The position numbers and the translations under genes are program-made. 64,000 nt of DNA from positions 87,112,001-87,176,000 of the forward strand of contig CM059432.1 of the NCBI GenBank assembly GCA_030390025.1, written 5' to 3'. Shown here piece after piece: positions 48,418 through 61,110 of the stretch. Position 1 is the stretch's first letter, and every line of letters begins with the position of its first letter. The notes under the pieces were generated by a model that had not been told where the DNA came from, made no database searches, and saw only the letters and a program-made list of their open reading frames with translations. The stretch is from Squalus acanthias. Lineage: Eukaryota.

Positions 48418-50591
48418 TGAAGTGATAATTACCAGTCCTAGCCCCTTTAGGGCTACCCCGGATTAGGTGTATTCCCCAGACATTCACTTTCAACTAAAGT
48501 TTGAGGTAGCCGAACCCTAAAGACGCTTAATTGGGTCTAAAGGTCCAGACTATCTCTCCCTAAAGGAAAGGAACAACCTGAAGATGTTACCATCCTCCAG
48601 ATAGCACTTTTAATAAGTTTAGCTAGACTGTAACCTTCTGGATATTATGAGGGTCCGGAAAACTCCCTCAGAATTCTGCAACTCCTCACAAAAGAGTGTA
48701 CAGAGATTGAGTTCGCGAGTTTGATAGAGAAGTATTATATGAGACAATTCTAAAAATATATAGATTTATTAAAGAACCGACATGTAATTTACAGTTGGTG
48801 ATTCAATCGCAACATTAACAGTTCCAAATACAAAAAGCTTACAATTCTATTATCAGAGATCCTTATTCTCAAATCTTAACTTCGCTAGTTTTACAGTTCT
48901 TAGGGGTAAAAATTCAGTTGGTTGCGCCTCCCGTTAGCGCCTTAAGAGGGCGCTAATGGGGCGCAAAGCCGCTAACGCCCGGGCGCAGCGATGTTTGCGC
49001 CGCTCGGGAACTTAACTAGAGATTGTGCGGTGGTGCTAAACTTTACCGCTGCGACCACCTGCGCGCGCAGATTGTGACGTCATTCCATGGTGCAACGCCC
49101 TTGTGGCGCCCCGGAGCGGAAATTGAGTGGCGCCCCCTGCCTTACCGCCTGGCGCATCCAACGACCAGAAGACTGGAACGCTATCAATCGCTGTGGGGCT
49201 GGGGGGGGCGCTATTTAAAGGGGGCCTCTTCCTGTCTTTTATTGTTGGTGGCATTTTTGAACTACGCATTCTGAGAGAGAGAGGGAGAGACTTCTGGAGA
49301 GATTCAACGTTGTGTGAATGAGTTTTGGGTACTGAGCAGCACTTTGCAGGTTCATTTTGATTTGCCATTCCTTGTATCGATTTAGCAGAGACTGTGGGAG
49401 CTGCACTCTGAGCTCTTTGCCTGGTACTCTCCATTGTTCTTTCCAGCACATTTGATGTGCAAGTCTCTCCAGGCCGAGATTCAAGGCTGCAATGAACAGG
49501 ATGTGGATGGAAAGCAAGATTAACCATCCCCTTTAAGAACTGGCCCGTGCCATTGTGTGTGTGTTCCATTGCTGACTGACATTACATGAGCTTCGCCAGC
49601 GCTCTGAGTTAGCGCCTCACTCCTTGGCCTTTGCGCCTTAAGACAGGTGTGCAGCGCCTGATTTAGCGCTCCACTCACCTCCCGGGGCGGTAAAAGTGAA
49701 GTTTCCAGTCAGTGCCGATAATTAGCGCCAGGCGCTAATATTTGCGTCCAGACGATATTTGCGCCCCAAATGGGGCGCGACCTAATTTTCCCCCCTTAGT
49801 CTTTATTCCAGGATATCCACCAAAATCAAATACAATACCTTGATCCCCGAGATACAAAGAGTTGAAGACTTACAGAGCTAGCTCTGAAGCCGAGAATCGC
49901 TTTGCCCCTTTACAGCGAATCTATCTTCCCATTTGAAAGTTCAATTTTTATACCCTTTTGCAATGGTATTTCCTTTGAAGTTTCCTGCTGATGTAAGCTA
50001 ATTATCTCTAGTCATTTTTCTGTTGACCCCTGCTATTCTTACAGTTAGATCAGCTGGTAGCATTAAGAATTATGTCTCTACCTTTAGGTGTTTGAAGCTT
50101 AACACAAAAACAATGTGATGGCTGGTGCATCTATTTGATGTCATTCTTACCAAGGTCTTTTGTTTGTGTCTTTTTACGATGTGTATATTAAAACACCTCA
50201 ACCGGATGCACCATTGTCTTATTAGTTACCTCAGCTGGTTGCAACACAGAATCGTGTCTCCTGTGTTTCATTTGATGTCATTTTTACACAGGCATATGTT
50301 TCTTAATTTTCTGTTTCTTTCCGAAGTGTTGGTTTAAGACACCTTAACAGGGTGTACCATTGTGTTCTTTCCAAGGCTTCAGACTATCAGGAACCTCCAA
50401 TCTCCTGTTTCAATAAGGTTATTGATTCAGTGTCAACAACTTATCTTATCTCAATAGCCTGAATGCTGTTAACAATACAGCTTTTCATAGCCAGGTTTCT
50501 AGATTTCCAGACCTAGTTTGTCATGTTTTAATAAGGCTAGAATTATTTCATAGAATGGTGTATTTTTCTGAATATGGCTTATTCCTTCACA
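48418..50591 (-). mobile_element. probable solo LTR (~1.28 kb without the nested MITE)
   Basis: TG...CA ends; GTGT TSD at 48414-48417 and 50592-50595; minus-strand TATAAAAA (49952-49945) and AATAAA (49807-49802, 48770-48765). Confidence 0.7.
48903..49795. mobile_element. Harbinger MITE family A, copy 3
   Basis: GGGGTAAAAATT ... AATTTTCCCCCC; TTA TSD at 48900-48902 and 49796-49798. Confidence 0.92.
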
Positions 50592-52484
50592 GTGTATTGG
50601 TACTCCCAGGTCCCTTTGCTCCTCTACCCCATTTAGATTCTTATTTTCCAAGTGATAAGTGACCTCCTTATTTTTCTTACCAAAATATACCTCACACTTA
50701 TCTGTATTGAATTTCATTTGCCCATTCTGCAAGTTTATGAATGATTGCTTGTAATTTGTTGCAGTCCTCCTCAGTATTGGCTTTCCCCCACAATTTGGTA
50801 TTATCCGCAAATTTAGAAATGTTGTTTTTGATTCCAAAGTCTAAATCGTTAATATAAATTGTGAACAACAGTGGTCCCAGCACTGATCCTTGTGGAACAC
50901 CACTTCCCACCCTCTCCTACTCTGAATAGCTACCCTTTCTGTCTTGCAGCCACCTAGCTATCCATTCTGCTACTTGTCCCCTGACTCTGCATGCTCTTAC
51001 CTTATTCATTAGTCTTTGCTGTGGCACTTATCTTTTTCATGCTTATGTCCTTCTCAATTATTATCTTGAAACATATTATATTATGCTTATTATTGCCTAA
51101 ATGTTCCCCTACTTTCACTTCTCTTATCTGCTCTGGTTCATTCCCCATTACTAGATCCAGTAGCGAATCCTCCCTTGTTGGGCTTCTTGCATACTGGGTT
51201 AGAAAGGAGTCCTGTACATACTGTAGGAACTGCATTCCCTTATCCCCTTTACCTACTTCTTCTGGCCAATTAATTTCAGGGTAATTTAAATCCCCCATGA
51301 TTATTATTCTATGTTTTTTACTCATTTCCCTAATTTGTTTGCATATTTATTCCTCCACCTCCCTCCCACTATTAGATGGTCTGTATTAACCCCTATGAGT
51401 GTGATTGATCCTTTATTATCTTTTATCTCGAGCCACATGGATTCTGTTTCTGTCTTTCTGATGGTTGCATCACTTTTTTCTACTGCCATTATGTTATCTC
51501 TAATAAGTACAGCTACTCAACTTTCCCTTTTTCCCTCTCTATCTTTTCTAAATATGTAATTAATGTTTAATTCCCAGTTCTGATTTCTCTGCAGCCATGT
51601 CTCAGTAATCCCTACTATATCTGGTTCCTTGCAACGTATTATTGCCTCCAGTTGCTCTGTTTTATCACGGACACTGTGTGCATTGCTGTACAGACAGTTT
51701 AACTCATTTTTAATAGTAGTTCCTCTCACTTTATTTTTAACCATCTTTTTACACTCCTGTTCTATAACTCTATTTATTCCCTGACCATTTATGTCCTCCC
51801 TTAGTTTAGTCTGTTCTATGCTCTCCTTTCTTGTTTCGTTTATATTTAGGCTTGTTTCATTTCTTGTAGATCCCTCCCCCAGTCTTACTAGTTTAAAGCC
51901 TTTGCTAGGTTCAGCTCAGCATGATCTAATTGAATGGCAGTGCAGGCTCAAGGGTTTGAATGGCCTACACCTGTTCCTAATGTTCCTATATCATATGTGC
52001 CGGTAGTGAGGAGGATTGGTCCCACTAAATTTTGCGAGACTAGCCCCTCCTAATTATAGTAGGCCTCCTTCACATGGAAATACAATTTTTGGGGGGTAGG
52101 GTAGCAATCAGAGAAAACAACAGCTTTTAAAGAGCTACTGCTTGCCATTAAAGGCAAGCATTTTTTCTGCCTGAAAAAACTTTTTCGGTAAGGTTAATGG
52201 AGGCCAGGAGAAATGTTGGCAAAACTCCTCCTTTTGGGGATGAAGCCACAGAGGTGCAGCAAAGGAGGATGGCCTTGTTTGGAGAGAAATGCTACCTTGC
52301 TGCTTGTATGGAGATTTCAGAGAGTGAATGGAGGACCTGGGAGCAAACACAGAAGATATTTTTTGGTATCAGGAGTGCCAAAGTAATCATATCCCCCTTC
52401 GCAGAAAATATTTTACTATTGGGGCATTGTTCTTGTAGTGTAAAACAAAAGTGTGAGTTGCAGAAACTGCAGCCATGTAGTATG

Positions 52485-52617
52485 CAAAGCTTGAAAAGGA
52501 AAATATTGCAGGGCTAAGGGGAAAGAGCCGGGGAGTGGGACTAATTGGATAGCTCTTTTAAAGAGCCAGCACAGGCATGGTGGGCCGAATGGCCTCTTCT
52601 GTGCTGTATGATTCTAT
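52485..52617 (+). mobile_element. CR1 3' tail
   Basis: GGGAGTGGGACTAA..GGCCGAATGGCC..TGATTCTA. Confidence 0.8.
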
Positions 52618-53484
52618 AAAAGCATGGCAAAAAGTTTTTCTGCTTTTCTGCACAATCTTTTATTGCAGAAAAACTGTAAGGTGTATGTTTTGTGTGGAAC
52701 ACAAATTGTTTGCACTATGACTGATAAATATTGAATGATATTTAATGTTGAGTAGTTGTTCACTGTAAAACATGACTTGGATCTAGACTGAGAACCAGCA
52801 CTACCACCAGAAAGTACAAGGAGAGATGTGGACTGGCCTTTGGGGTAGTCATCTGGGTGCTCTGGCAATTTCTAATATTTTGGGCTAGATTGCCCAATTC
52901 GGCGAGATTCCCACCAAAAGTGCATAAGGGAGGCACTTCCTCCTACTGGCAACACACTGCTTTCACCCTTCTAAATTTTGCAAGATCAAGCTAATTATGG
53001 TAATGAGGATGGTAACACTAATAGCGCTACCTATTGGGAGCTCACTTCTGGGAGGGTGTATCCGCACTGTTAGAGCTTCCAAATGGCTGCAGCAGCTTAA
53101 AGGCTGGGCCACTGATATAAAATTTGGGAGGAAGGACTTGGAATTGTGCCACAAAGAAGCATGTCCGGGGACATAGAGCCTCCAACACCACAGATTCCTC
53201 CGTAGGAAGGTAGGATTTGCTAGACTAAAAAAGACCAAGGTCAAACTAGTTTGCCTTCTACCATCCTGGTAGTCGCATGGTACAATGATAATGGAGTTGT
53301 TTACTAATCAGAGCAATCAATCACCATCAATTAGTCTACAACAGACCCAGACATGACGCGAGGAAAACCCCAGTGGTGGAGAGCGTTAGGAACCATAGGT
53401 CCAAGGTCACCTGTTCCGCTCAAGCCTGCTACACTCACCACATATCACGTCTCAAATAACTGATATCCCAAAACTCATATAATG

Positions 53485-53790
53485 ACACCCAGCTCAACCA
53501 CTCCACCACTTACCTTGCTCCCTCCGCTACCTCTGTTTTGTCAGACTGCTTGTCCGACATCCAGTCTTGGATTAGCCGTAATTTCCTCCAGCCAAACGTT
53601 AGGAAGACTGAAGCCATTGTCTTCAGCCCAAGCACAAACTCTGTACCCTTGCCACCAAATCCATCCCCTTCCCCAGCCACTGTCTCAGGCTGAACCAGAC
53701 TATTTGCAACTTGTCCTGTTTGATGCCGAGAATAGTATCTGACCCCATATTCTCTCCCACAAAGACCACCTACCTCCACTTCCATAAGTC
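53485..53790 (+). mobile_element. old L2 fragment
   Basis: TGTCAGACTGCTTGTCCGACATCCAG matches 61489-61520. Confidence 0.8.
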
Positions 53791-56197
53791 CCTTTCATCC
53801 ATCACACTAGGCTCCAGGTGTCCCAGTGTCTCTAATTTAAAAAGGAATGAGTACTGACATCTCAGTCTGGATTCCTTATGATGGCAAACATATGACCTTC
53901 AGATTATTTTGTTCTTAAAGGAGAAAGTGGCTCATAACCAATGCTAGATAGCAGTCACAGTGGTAGACCCTCCAACCTCCAGCCTCTCACTCCATATGAA
54001 GGTGAAGCACTGGAACTCTTGGGCAAGCATACATGAGAAGAAGTGTGAAACGGAGAAATAGGAGGAGTGATGACAGTTGCAGTTGAACATATATTTCATC
54101 TTCTCATGTCTTTTCAGCTCCTGCATAAACATAGCTTGTCATTACAATAACTGATGAGCCCCTCTCATTCATAGTTTGCAGTAAAAATGGAATGGTTACT
54201 GCTCAGCTCATCTACCCATGGTTACCTCTTGGCTTTTTGTGCTCTCCTCGGTGTGCGACAGCAACAAGCAGGGAAAGAGCAGTAAGAGGATTCTAGCTCC
54301 TGTGCTTCAGGCCCTGTCAGCAGCTCTCCGCGCACATCGCTAATCATCCACTTCCTCCCAAGAATGAGCCTAGAGCACTCACCTGGAATGGGGATAGTGA
54401 GCCTGAGGGAAAATGAACAACATGGAACAGGACCTCAGCAGGAGTTACAGATTTGAGGGGAGCAACTGAAACAGCAGAAAAGCATAGTTAGATTAAGAGA
54501 TTCTTTATTTCTATTATATTGTAGAAACCAGTACAATTATTACCATTGTTCATTACATTGCTCTCATTTTATTATTTAATTCTGGGTAACACTATTATAG
54601 GCTAGAGACACTTACTGAACAGCCCATGGGACTACTGCAGCCTTGTGAGCCTCTGTTACAAACCTCAGCACTTGATTCTTGCTTCAAACACTGTTTTAAC
54701 AGTTTCTGGCTCCTGGTGCTCTCTCTCTCTCTCTCCCTCTAGAATCAGTTTAGTGATGTCATGAAATAAATCCGCTCCTTATAGAATGCTGTCCTGGCAA
54801 TTTTATTTGCGAATAAAATTAGGTTTAGGGTTTGAATTAAGTTTGATGTTTGATTTAAAGAGTTAGGATGATTTTATTTCAGAGGGCAACCATATTTCAT
54901 TCAAAGTGGTAGAGTGTCTTTTGAGGAGATAGATTCTGTCATGTCACCTCCTTTGCATAATCGAACATTGTTCTCCATCATAAAAAATGTGCTTTATTAC
55001 AGATGTTACCAGCGGGTCTCATTAAATTTAGATTTTCTCATTCGATAGTCATTTTACTAAAAGTCGTGCACTCCACTGGATTGTCAATCAGTATCAATAT
55101 AAATGGCTGTCTAACTATTAAAAATAATTTCATTTTTATTAAAAGCATTAATGTTTACATATTAATTTTAACCAAATAAAGAGAATTCATTGGTTTAACA
55201 AAATTTTACTTGGGACCAGATTTTTCAGAGCTCTTGATCTGTCAAATAATTTATTCCTGGAATTTTGGCGGGGATCCCCTAGCAGAACCTCTAGAAATTG
55301 CGTAAAATGGCTAAAATCGGCTATTAACACCGTTTCTCCAGGATTTCCCTCGATCTTTTGCTGAAGTTAGAAACAAAATCTTATTTAACACTCAGCAAGC
55401 TTTACAATCAAAGCAAAATGTGCGTATTTAAAGCTATGATTTGTCAGTCACTGAACGAGGACCCCACTGATCAATACTGGAATATTAAACAACAGGCTAA
55501 TTAAATATGAGATTAATATTTGCTCGCAGTGAATAATTAAATTAGTGTCCATCTTAGTCAAATCATGGGGTCTGTAGATTCGAGTCATGGCTTACATGTC
55601 ACTCTTGTACTTTGACTGTAAGAGCTCATACACTTTTCCAGGGATTACATCATCTTAGTGTGATGCACTGTAGCATATTCAGACCTGATTGTCAGAGAAT
55701 AAATATGGGTTTAAAAGGACTGTAACTGTTGATAGTTGAAAGATCAGGAACAGTCTTGTCGACCTATCTTTGTTGAGTCAGTGTCTGCTGTAATTTGACA
55801 CCATTGAACATAACTTATATAATTAGTACTGTGTCTATGATCTTTTAGCTACAGTTAGTTTGAGGCAATTTTGTCATTCATCACCAAACGATGAGGGATA
55901 TTTTACCATCAAATTCTGACTGCTTATCAATAGTTGACATTGTAAATTATAACCCTAGGTGGATTTCAGGAGTTTTTTGATTTTTCTTTTTATCAGCACA
56001 ATAATTTTGAAACTGATTAAGCAATGACTCTTAGCATTAAAATAAATTGACTTTCTACCAGAGCAACTAAGCATTACCCGGCAAAGTGCAAGATACTCAT
56101 CAGTGTGCGTCAGGTTTTCTTTCAATAACTTAAAACAATTTAGTTGATTATCAAATGCTTCCTGAATCTATCGACATGGAACTTCTCACTCCATTTG

Positions 56198-57680
56198 TGA
56201 CAGCTGTGGCCCAGTCGGTAGCACCCTCACCTCTGAGTCAGAGTGCTTGTGTGCTCAAGTCACCCGACAGAGACTTGAGCACAAAACTCAAAGCTGACAC
56301 TCCAGTGCAGTCTCTCACTACTGCAGTGTCGGAGGAGCTGTCTTTCGGATGAGACGTTAAACCGAGGCATCATCTGCTCTGGTGGACGTAAAAGATCCCA
56401 TCGCACTATTTCAAAGAAGAGCAGGGGAAAGCAGTGTTCTGGCCAATATTTATCCCTCAAACAGCATCGTGGTTGACACGGCCCTCGACCGTGTCCGTTC
56501 TATCTCCCGCACTTCTGCCCTCACCCCTGCCCCTCCCTCCCGGAACCCCTTGTCCTCACCTTTCACCCCACCAGCCTCCACATTCAACAGATCATCCTCC
56601 GCCATTTCCGCCACCTCCAACGTGATCCCACCACCAAACGTATCTTCCCCTCACCTCCCCTTTCAGCATTCCGTAGGGACCACTCCCTCCGAGACACCCT
56701 AGTCCACTCCTCTATCACCCCCAGCACCCCTTCCCCCTCGCCTGGCACCTTCCCGTGCAAGCGCAGGAGATGCAACACCTGCCCTTATACCTCCCCCCTT
56801 CCCACTCTCCAGGGCCCCAAACACCCCTTCCAGGTGAAACAGCGATTTACTTGTACTTCTTGCATTCTAGTATACTGTATTCGCTGCTCACGATGTGGTC
56901 TCCTCTACATTGGGGAGATCAAACGCAGATTGGGTGACTGCTTTGCGGAACACCTCCGTTCAGTCCGTAAGGGTGACCCCGAGCTTCCGGTCGCCTGTCA
57001 CTTTAACTCACCGCTCCACTCCCACTCAGACCTCACCGTCCTCGGCCTCGTGCATTGTTCCACGGAAGCTCAGCGTAAGCTCGAGGAACAGCACCTCATC
57101 TTCTGATTAGGCACTTTACAGCCTTCCGGACTCAATATCGAGTTCAACAATTTCAGATCATAACCTCGGCCCCTACCATTTTTATCCCCCCTTTTGGTTT
57201 GTGCCTTTTCCCTTTTTTTCTCTCTCTCCCACATGGCAGCTGTCTCTCATTCTGCCAACGCATTTCACACTTCTGAGCCATCTTTTGTTTCTTAACCTGT
57301 CCTATTACCATCTCGTCTCGCCTTGTGTATCTCTTAATGTCTCTACGTCTCACAGACCTTCCCTTTTGTTCTTTTATCCCTCCCCCAGCCTCCAAACTTG
57401 CTTTTTTATCTGTTTCATTTCCTGCTTTTTTCTCAGTTCTGACGAAGGGTTTCAACCTGAAATGTTAACTCTGTTTCTCTCTCCACGGATGTTGCCTGGC
57501 CTGCTGAGTTTTTCCAGCGCTTTCTGTTGTTATTTCACTAAAAGAGAGCTTGCTGTGTGCAAATTATCTGCTGTGTTTCCTACATTATAACAGTGACTAC
57601 ACTTCAAAAAGTACTTAATTTGCTGTAAAGCACTTTGGGACGTCTGTGGTCATGTAAGGCGCTAAATAAATGCAAGACTT
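56198..57680 (+). mobile_element. DeuSINE/SacSINE1-like tRNA SINE (56198-56468 and 57538-57680) split by a PLE
   Basis: A-box-like TGGCCCAGTCGG; Deu-like core GGATGAGACGTTAAACCGAGG..AAAAGATCCCA; tail GGCGCTAAATAAATGCAAG. Confidence 0.8.
56469..57537 (+). mobile_element. Penelope-like 3' fragment (Cys-rich linker, GIY-YIG, pLTR)
   Basis: PCKRRRCNTC; LVYCIRCSRCGLLYIGE..RR..EH..HFN; hammerhead variant CTGACGA..GAAATGTT at 57439-57466. Confidence 0.93.
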
Positions 57681-57716
57681 CCATTTTTTAAAACCCTACA
57701 GTTTACACTATTCATG

Positions 57717-58430
57717 AGTCCATGATTTTGACCAAGCGACGATGAAGGAACAGCGATATATTTCCAAGTTAGGATGGTGTGTGATTGGGAGGGGAACTTG
57801 GAGGTGGTGGCGTTCTCATGCGTCTGCTGCCCTTGTCCTTCTAGGTGATAGTGGTCGTGGATTTGGGAGGTGCTGTCAAAGATGCCTTAGCGAGTTGCTG
57901 CAGTGCATCTTGTAGATGGCACTCACTGCAGTCACGGTACACTGGTGGTGGAGGGAGTGAATGTTTTTTAAGGTGATCTATGAGGTGCCGATCAAGCAGG
58001 CTGCTTTGTCCTGGATGGTGTCGAGCTTCTTGAATGTTGTTGGAGCTGCACTCATCCAGGCAAGTGGAGAGTATTCCATCACACTCCTGACTTGTGCCTT
58101 GTAGATGGTGGAAAGGCTTTGGGGAGTCAGAAGGTGAGACACTCGCTGCAGAATACCCATCCTCTGACCTGCTCTTGCAGCCAGAGTATTTATGTGGCAG
58201 GTCCAGTTAAGTTTCTGGTTAATGCTGATCCCCAGCATGTTGATGGTGGGGATTCAACGATGGTAATGCTGTTAAATGTCAAGGGGTGGTGGTTAGACTC
58301 TCTCTTGTTGGGAGTTGGTCATTGCCTGACACTTGTGTGGTGCAAATGTTACTTGCCACTTATCAGTCCAAGCCTGGATGTCGTCCAGGTCTTGCTGCAT
58401 GCGGGCATGGACTGCTTCATTATCTGAGGA
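57717..58430 (-). mobile_element. non-CR1 LINE fragment (RTE-X-like), RT C-terminal region
   Basis: LGI..QKLNW..HI..IYKAQVRSVMEYSPLAW; clade assignment from memory. Confidence 0.75.
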
Positions 58431-59241
58431 GCCCAATCTTAAATTATGATAGCTGAACCAGAGGGCTCAACTATGCAATGAACTAGAACATAAGAAACCA
58501 TGGAATGGGAACAGGCTATTTGAACCATCAAGCTCATTACCTGCAGTATCATGCACAACTCTATAGAAATGGCCTCCATCTAACCCAGTCAAATATTACC
58601 AAGAAAGGTGAATTATACCAGGTAAAACTTCCAAAATACCAAGCAGCAAGCTTCTTCCACATACTCTTATCATGTACTGAATAACAGACCATAGAGTTCC
58701 ATCACTACTTAATCACCTCTACTTACATTTATCCCTCTAGCCATCAATCCCACCTCCTGTGAAATAAACATCCAATTTAATTTTCAAGGAACTCTATAAT
58801 TATATCTGATGGAAGTCCATTCCATAAATCAAAGTGAGCAAAACCATTCCTATGAACCTCTAGCCTCACAAGAAGTTTGATTCTATGTCCACTAACCTCA
58901 TATAAGATGACAGATTGGAATGTGTTTTCCTCCATAGAGTAGCCCGTATGTGGAAAAGACTCTCATGAAAGCCAGGTAATGTTGCGCCATTTAACTACTT
59001 TTCAAAAAATGGAATTGACATTTTTAACGTTAAAGGTTTCGGCTCCATTGTCGCTGCTGAGCTGATGGACGTGAGTTAGTAGTAGCAGTAGTAGTAATGT
59101 TCAAGGTAAAATTAAATGTACAAATTCCCTCTGGAACGTTCCTGTGCTGCTGGGATGATGGATGAGTTGACGGTGGAATGCAACTGCTCAGAGCTGAGTT
59201 TTGAGGTGGAATTAATATTCTGGGTGCGATGAGGGCTGTGT

Positions 59242-59501
59242 GCACCAAAAAAATTAGATACCATGGCTGTTAAGTCTGGCTCCGTAGCACCTGATTTTCG
59301 GCGATTCGGGTGCTGATTCACGTCCAAAATGGCGTCCGCTGCACGCGCACACTTCTGGTGTGGGCTGCGCCGCACCAAAAAAATTAGATACCATGGCTGT
59401 TAAATCTGGCTCCGTAGCACCTGATTTTCGGCGATTCGGGTGCTGATTCACGTCCAAAATGGCGTCCGCTGCACGCGCACACTTCTGGTGTGGGCCGCGC
59501 C
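59242..59501. repeat. 130-bp tandem duplication
   Basis: 59242-59371 versus 59372-59501, two mismatches seen. Confidence 0.95.
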
Positions 59502-61110
59502 GGATGCCATTTTGGGTAGGTTGTTAATGCAGGCGCTGGGAACGTGTGCGGAAGTATGCAGAGTGCATGCAACACTGATTTGATGCCAAGACTGTCATTT
59601 TCGACCTCAATGTGGGAGCTAAGGCCCTCTCTTAAACACACAGAGCTGAACATGTGTTCAGCAGCAGGAAGGACCCCCCACCAGCGCTATTTAAAGGGAT
59701 CATCACCTGCTTTCAGGTTAGTTGCTGATTGATTCCTACTGGCTCTTGGTGAGTTTGTAGAAGTGTTTGGTGGTCTGTTATCTGATTGAAGTTGCTTACA
59801 TATCCAGGGAGTGGTGTGGCAGGTTACTTCAAGGCTTCTGCTCAGACCAGTTGCTCCCAGACATGGGTGCAATAGTTTGTATCCACCTTGTCCTGCAGCA
59901 TGACAGGGAGAATGAGCAGAGGCGACACAGAGCAGGACAAACTGCTCAAAGAGCTGAGGAGGAGGAGGACGAAGAAGGGAGGAGGCAAGCAACATAGCCC
60001 TTTCTGGCCGAGCTGTCCGTGATTGACTCATCCACCTGCGGTACCAGTGAATGCAACCCTAATTCCCCATTCATCAACAGTCCCACACCTTTCCTTCCCT
60101 CTGTTACTGACTGTCACAGTGTCGTCTTGGCCACAATGCTACAATAAAAGCCACCACAGAACAAACATTCCAAACCAGATTTATAAATTGAATCATCCAA
60201 TATTACATATCAGAGCCAACTAATCACCCTTGTGCAGTCCCTTAGTGCCTGTCTTCAGTGTGCCTTTGCCTGTCCTAGTGCTCCTACACAGTGTTATCCC
60301 AGTAGCTGCAGCATGACTGGTGGAAGGCTGCTGACTTTCAGTGGGGGAGACTGCAGATGGCCTTGGAGGACGACCTTGAGCAGCTCTGGGCCCAGACGGC
60401 CAGGCTTCAGACTGCATCACCTCGGCATGAGTGGCGGCTGCAGTCTGGACTGGCTGACTGACAGGTAACAGCACGAGCACTGGCAGAGTGGCAGGGGTGG
60501 GATCACGAATGCTGTCATCCTGAGAGAGGACAGCAGGTTCGTCCTCCACGGAGCCACTGCCATTCCCCCGGGGTGGCGCCTCAGCAATCCTGGTAATCTG
60601 TTGGAGGACAGATTGCTGGACTGCTGTGACACCCTGCATCCCCTTTGAACACTGCTATCCGCAGCCATGATGGCAGCAGTCTGAACTTGCATGACTTCAG
60701 TTTAATCTTGTGTGGCAATGTGCTGAGCTTGCATGACAGAAGTTTGAGCTTCCACTGCAGCACCCAGATGTTGGGTGGCTACTGCTTGTGCTGCAATGGA
60801 AGCTGAGACATCGGCTATCAGACGCTGCATCATGGTTGGTTCCACAAGTGCACTAATGGAGTTGCCCATCACGTCCACGCTGGAAAGGATGGGCTCCAAG
60901 CTCTGCGCAAAACCCTGTGCAAGGTTGGTGCTGGACTCATTCATGCTCCTTGACATTGCATGCAGGTCTGCCAATGCACCAAGTATTTCATTGTGCATAC
61001 CCATCAGCCTTCTTCTGTAGTACGCCCCATTGAAGTCCTCATCTGAGTCCTCTGCAGCAGAACTCATGTGCGACCGGCGAGCTGCCACCTGCGCTACCCT
61101 TTCCCCCGGC

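Larger units (their letters stand above)
48043..51900 (-). mobile_element. older CR1 (APE and RT pieces with an internal deletion), interrupted at 48418-50591
   Basis: ORFs 47996-48202, 50698-50910 (PQGSVLGP, FADN), 51002-51325 (MGDLNYP) and 51517-51744 (GITETW). Confidence 0.85.

Noticed and set aside
54151..54190. CTGATGA as a possible hammerhead core
   Set aside because: No helix II or GAAA downstream.
56198..56280. tRNA gene
   Set aside because: SINE head with a decayed B-box, continuous with the SINE body.
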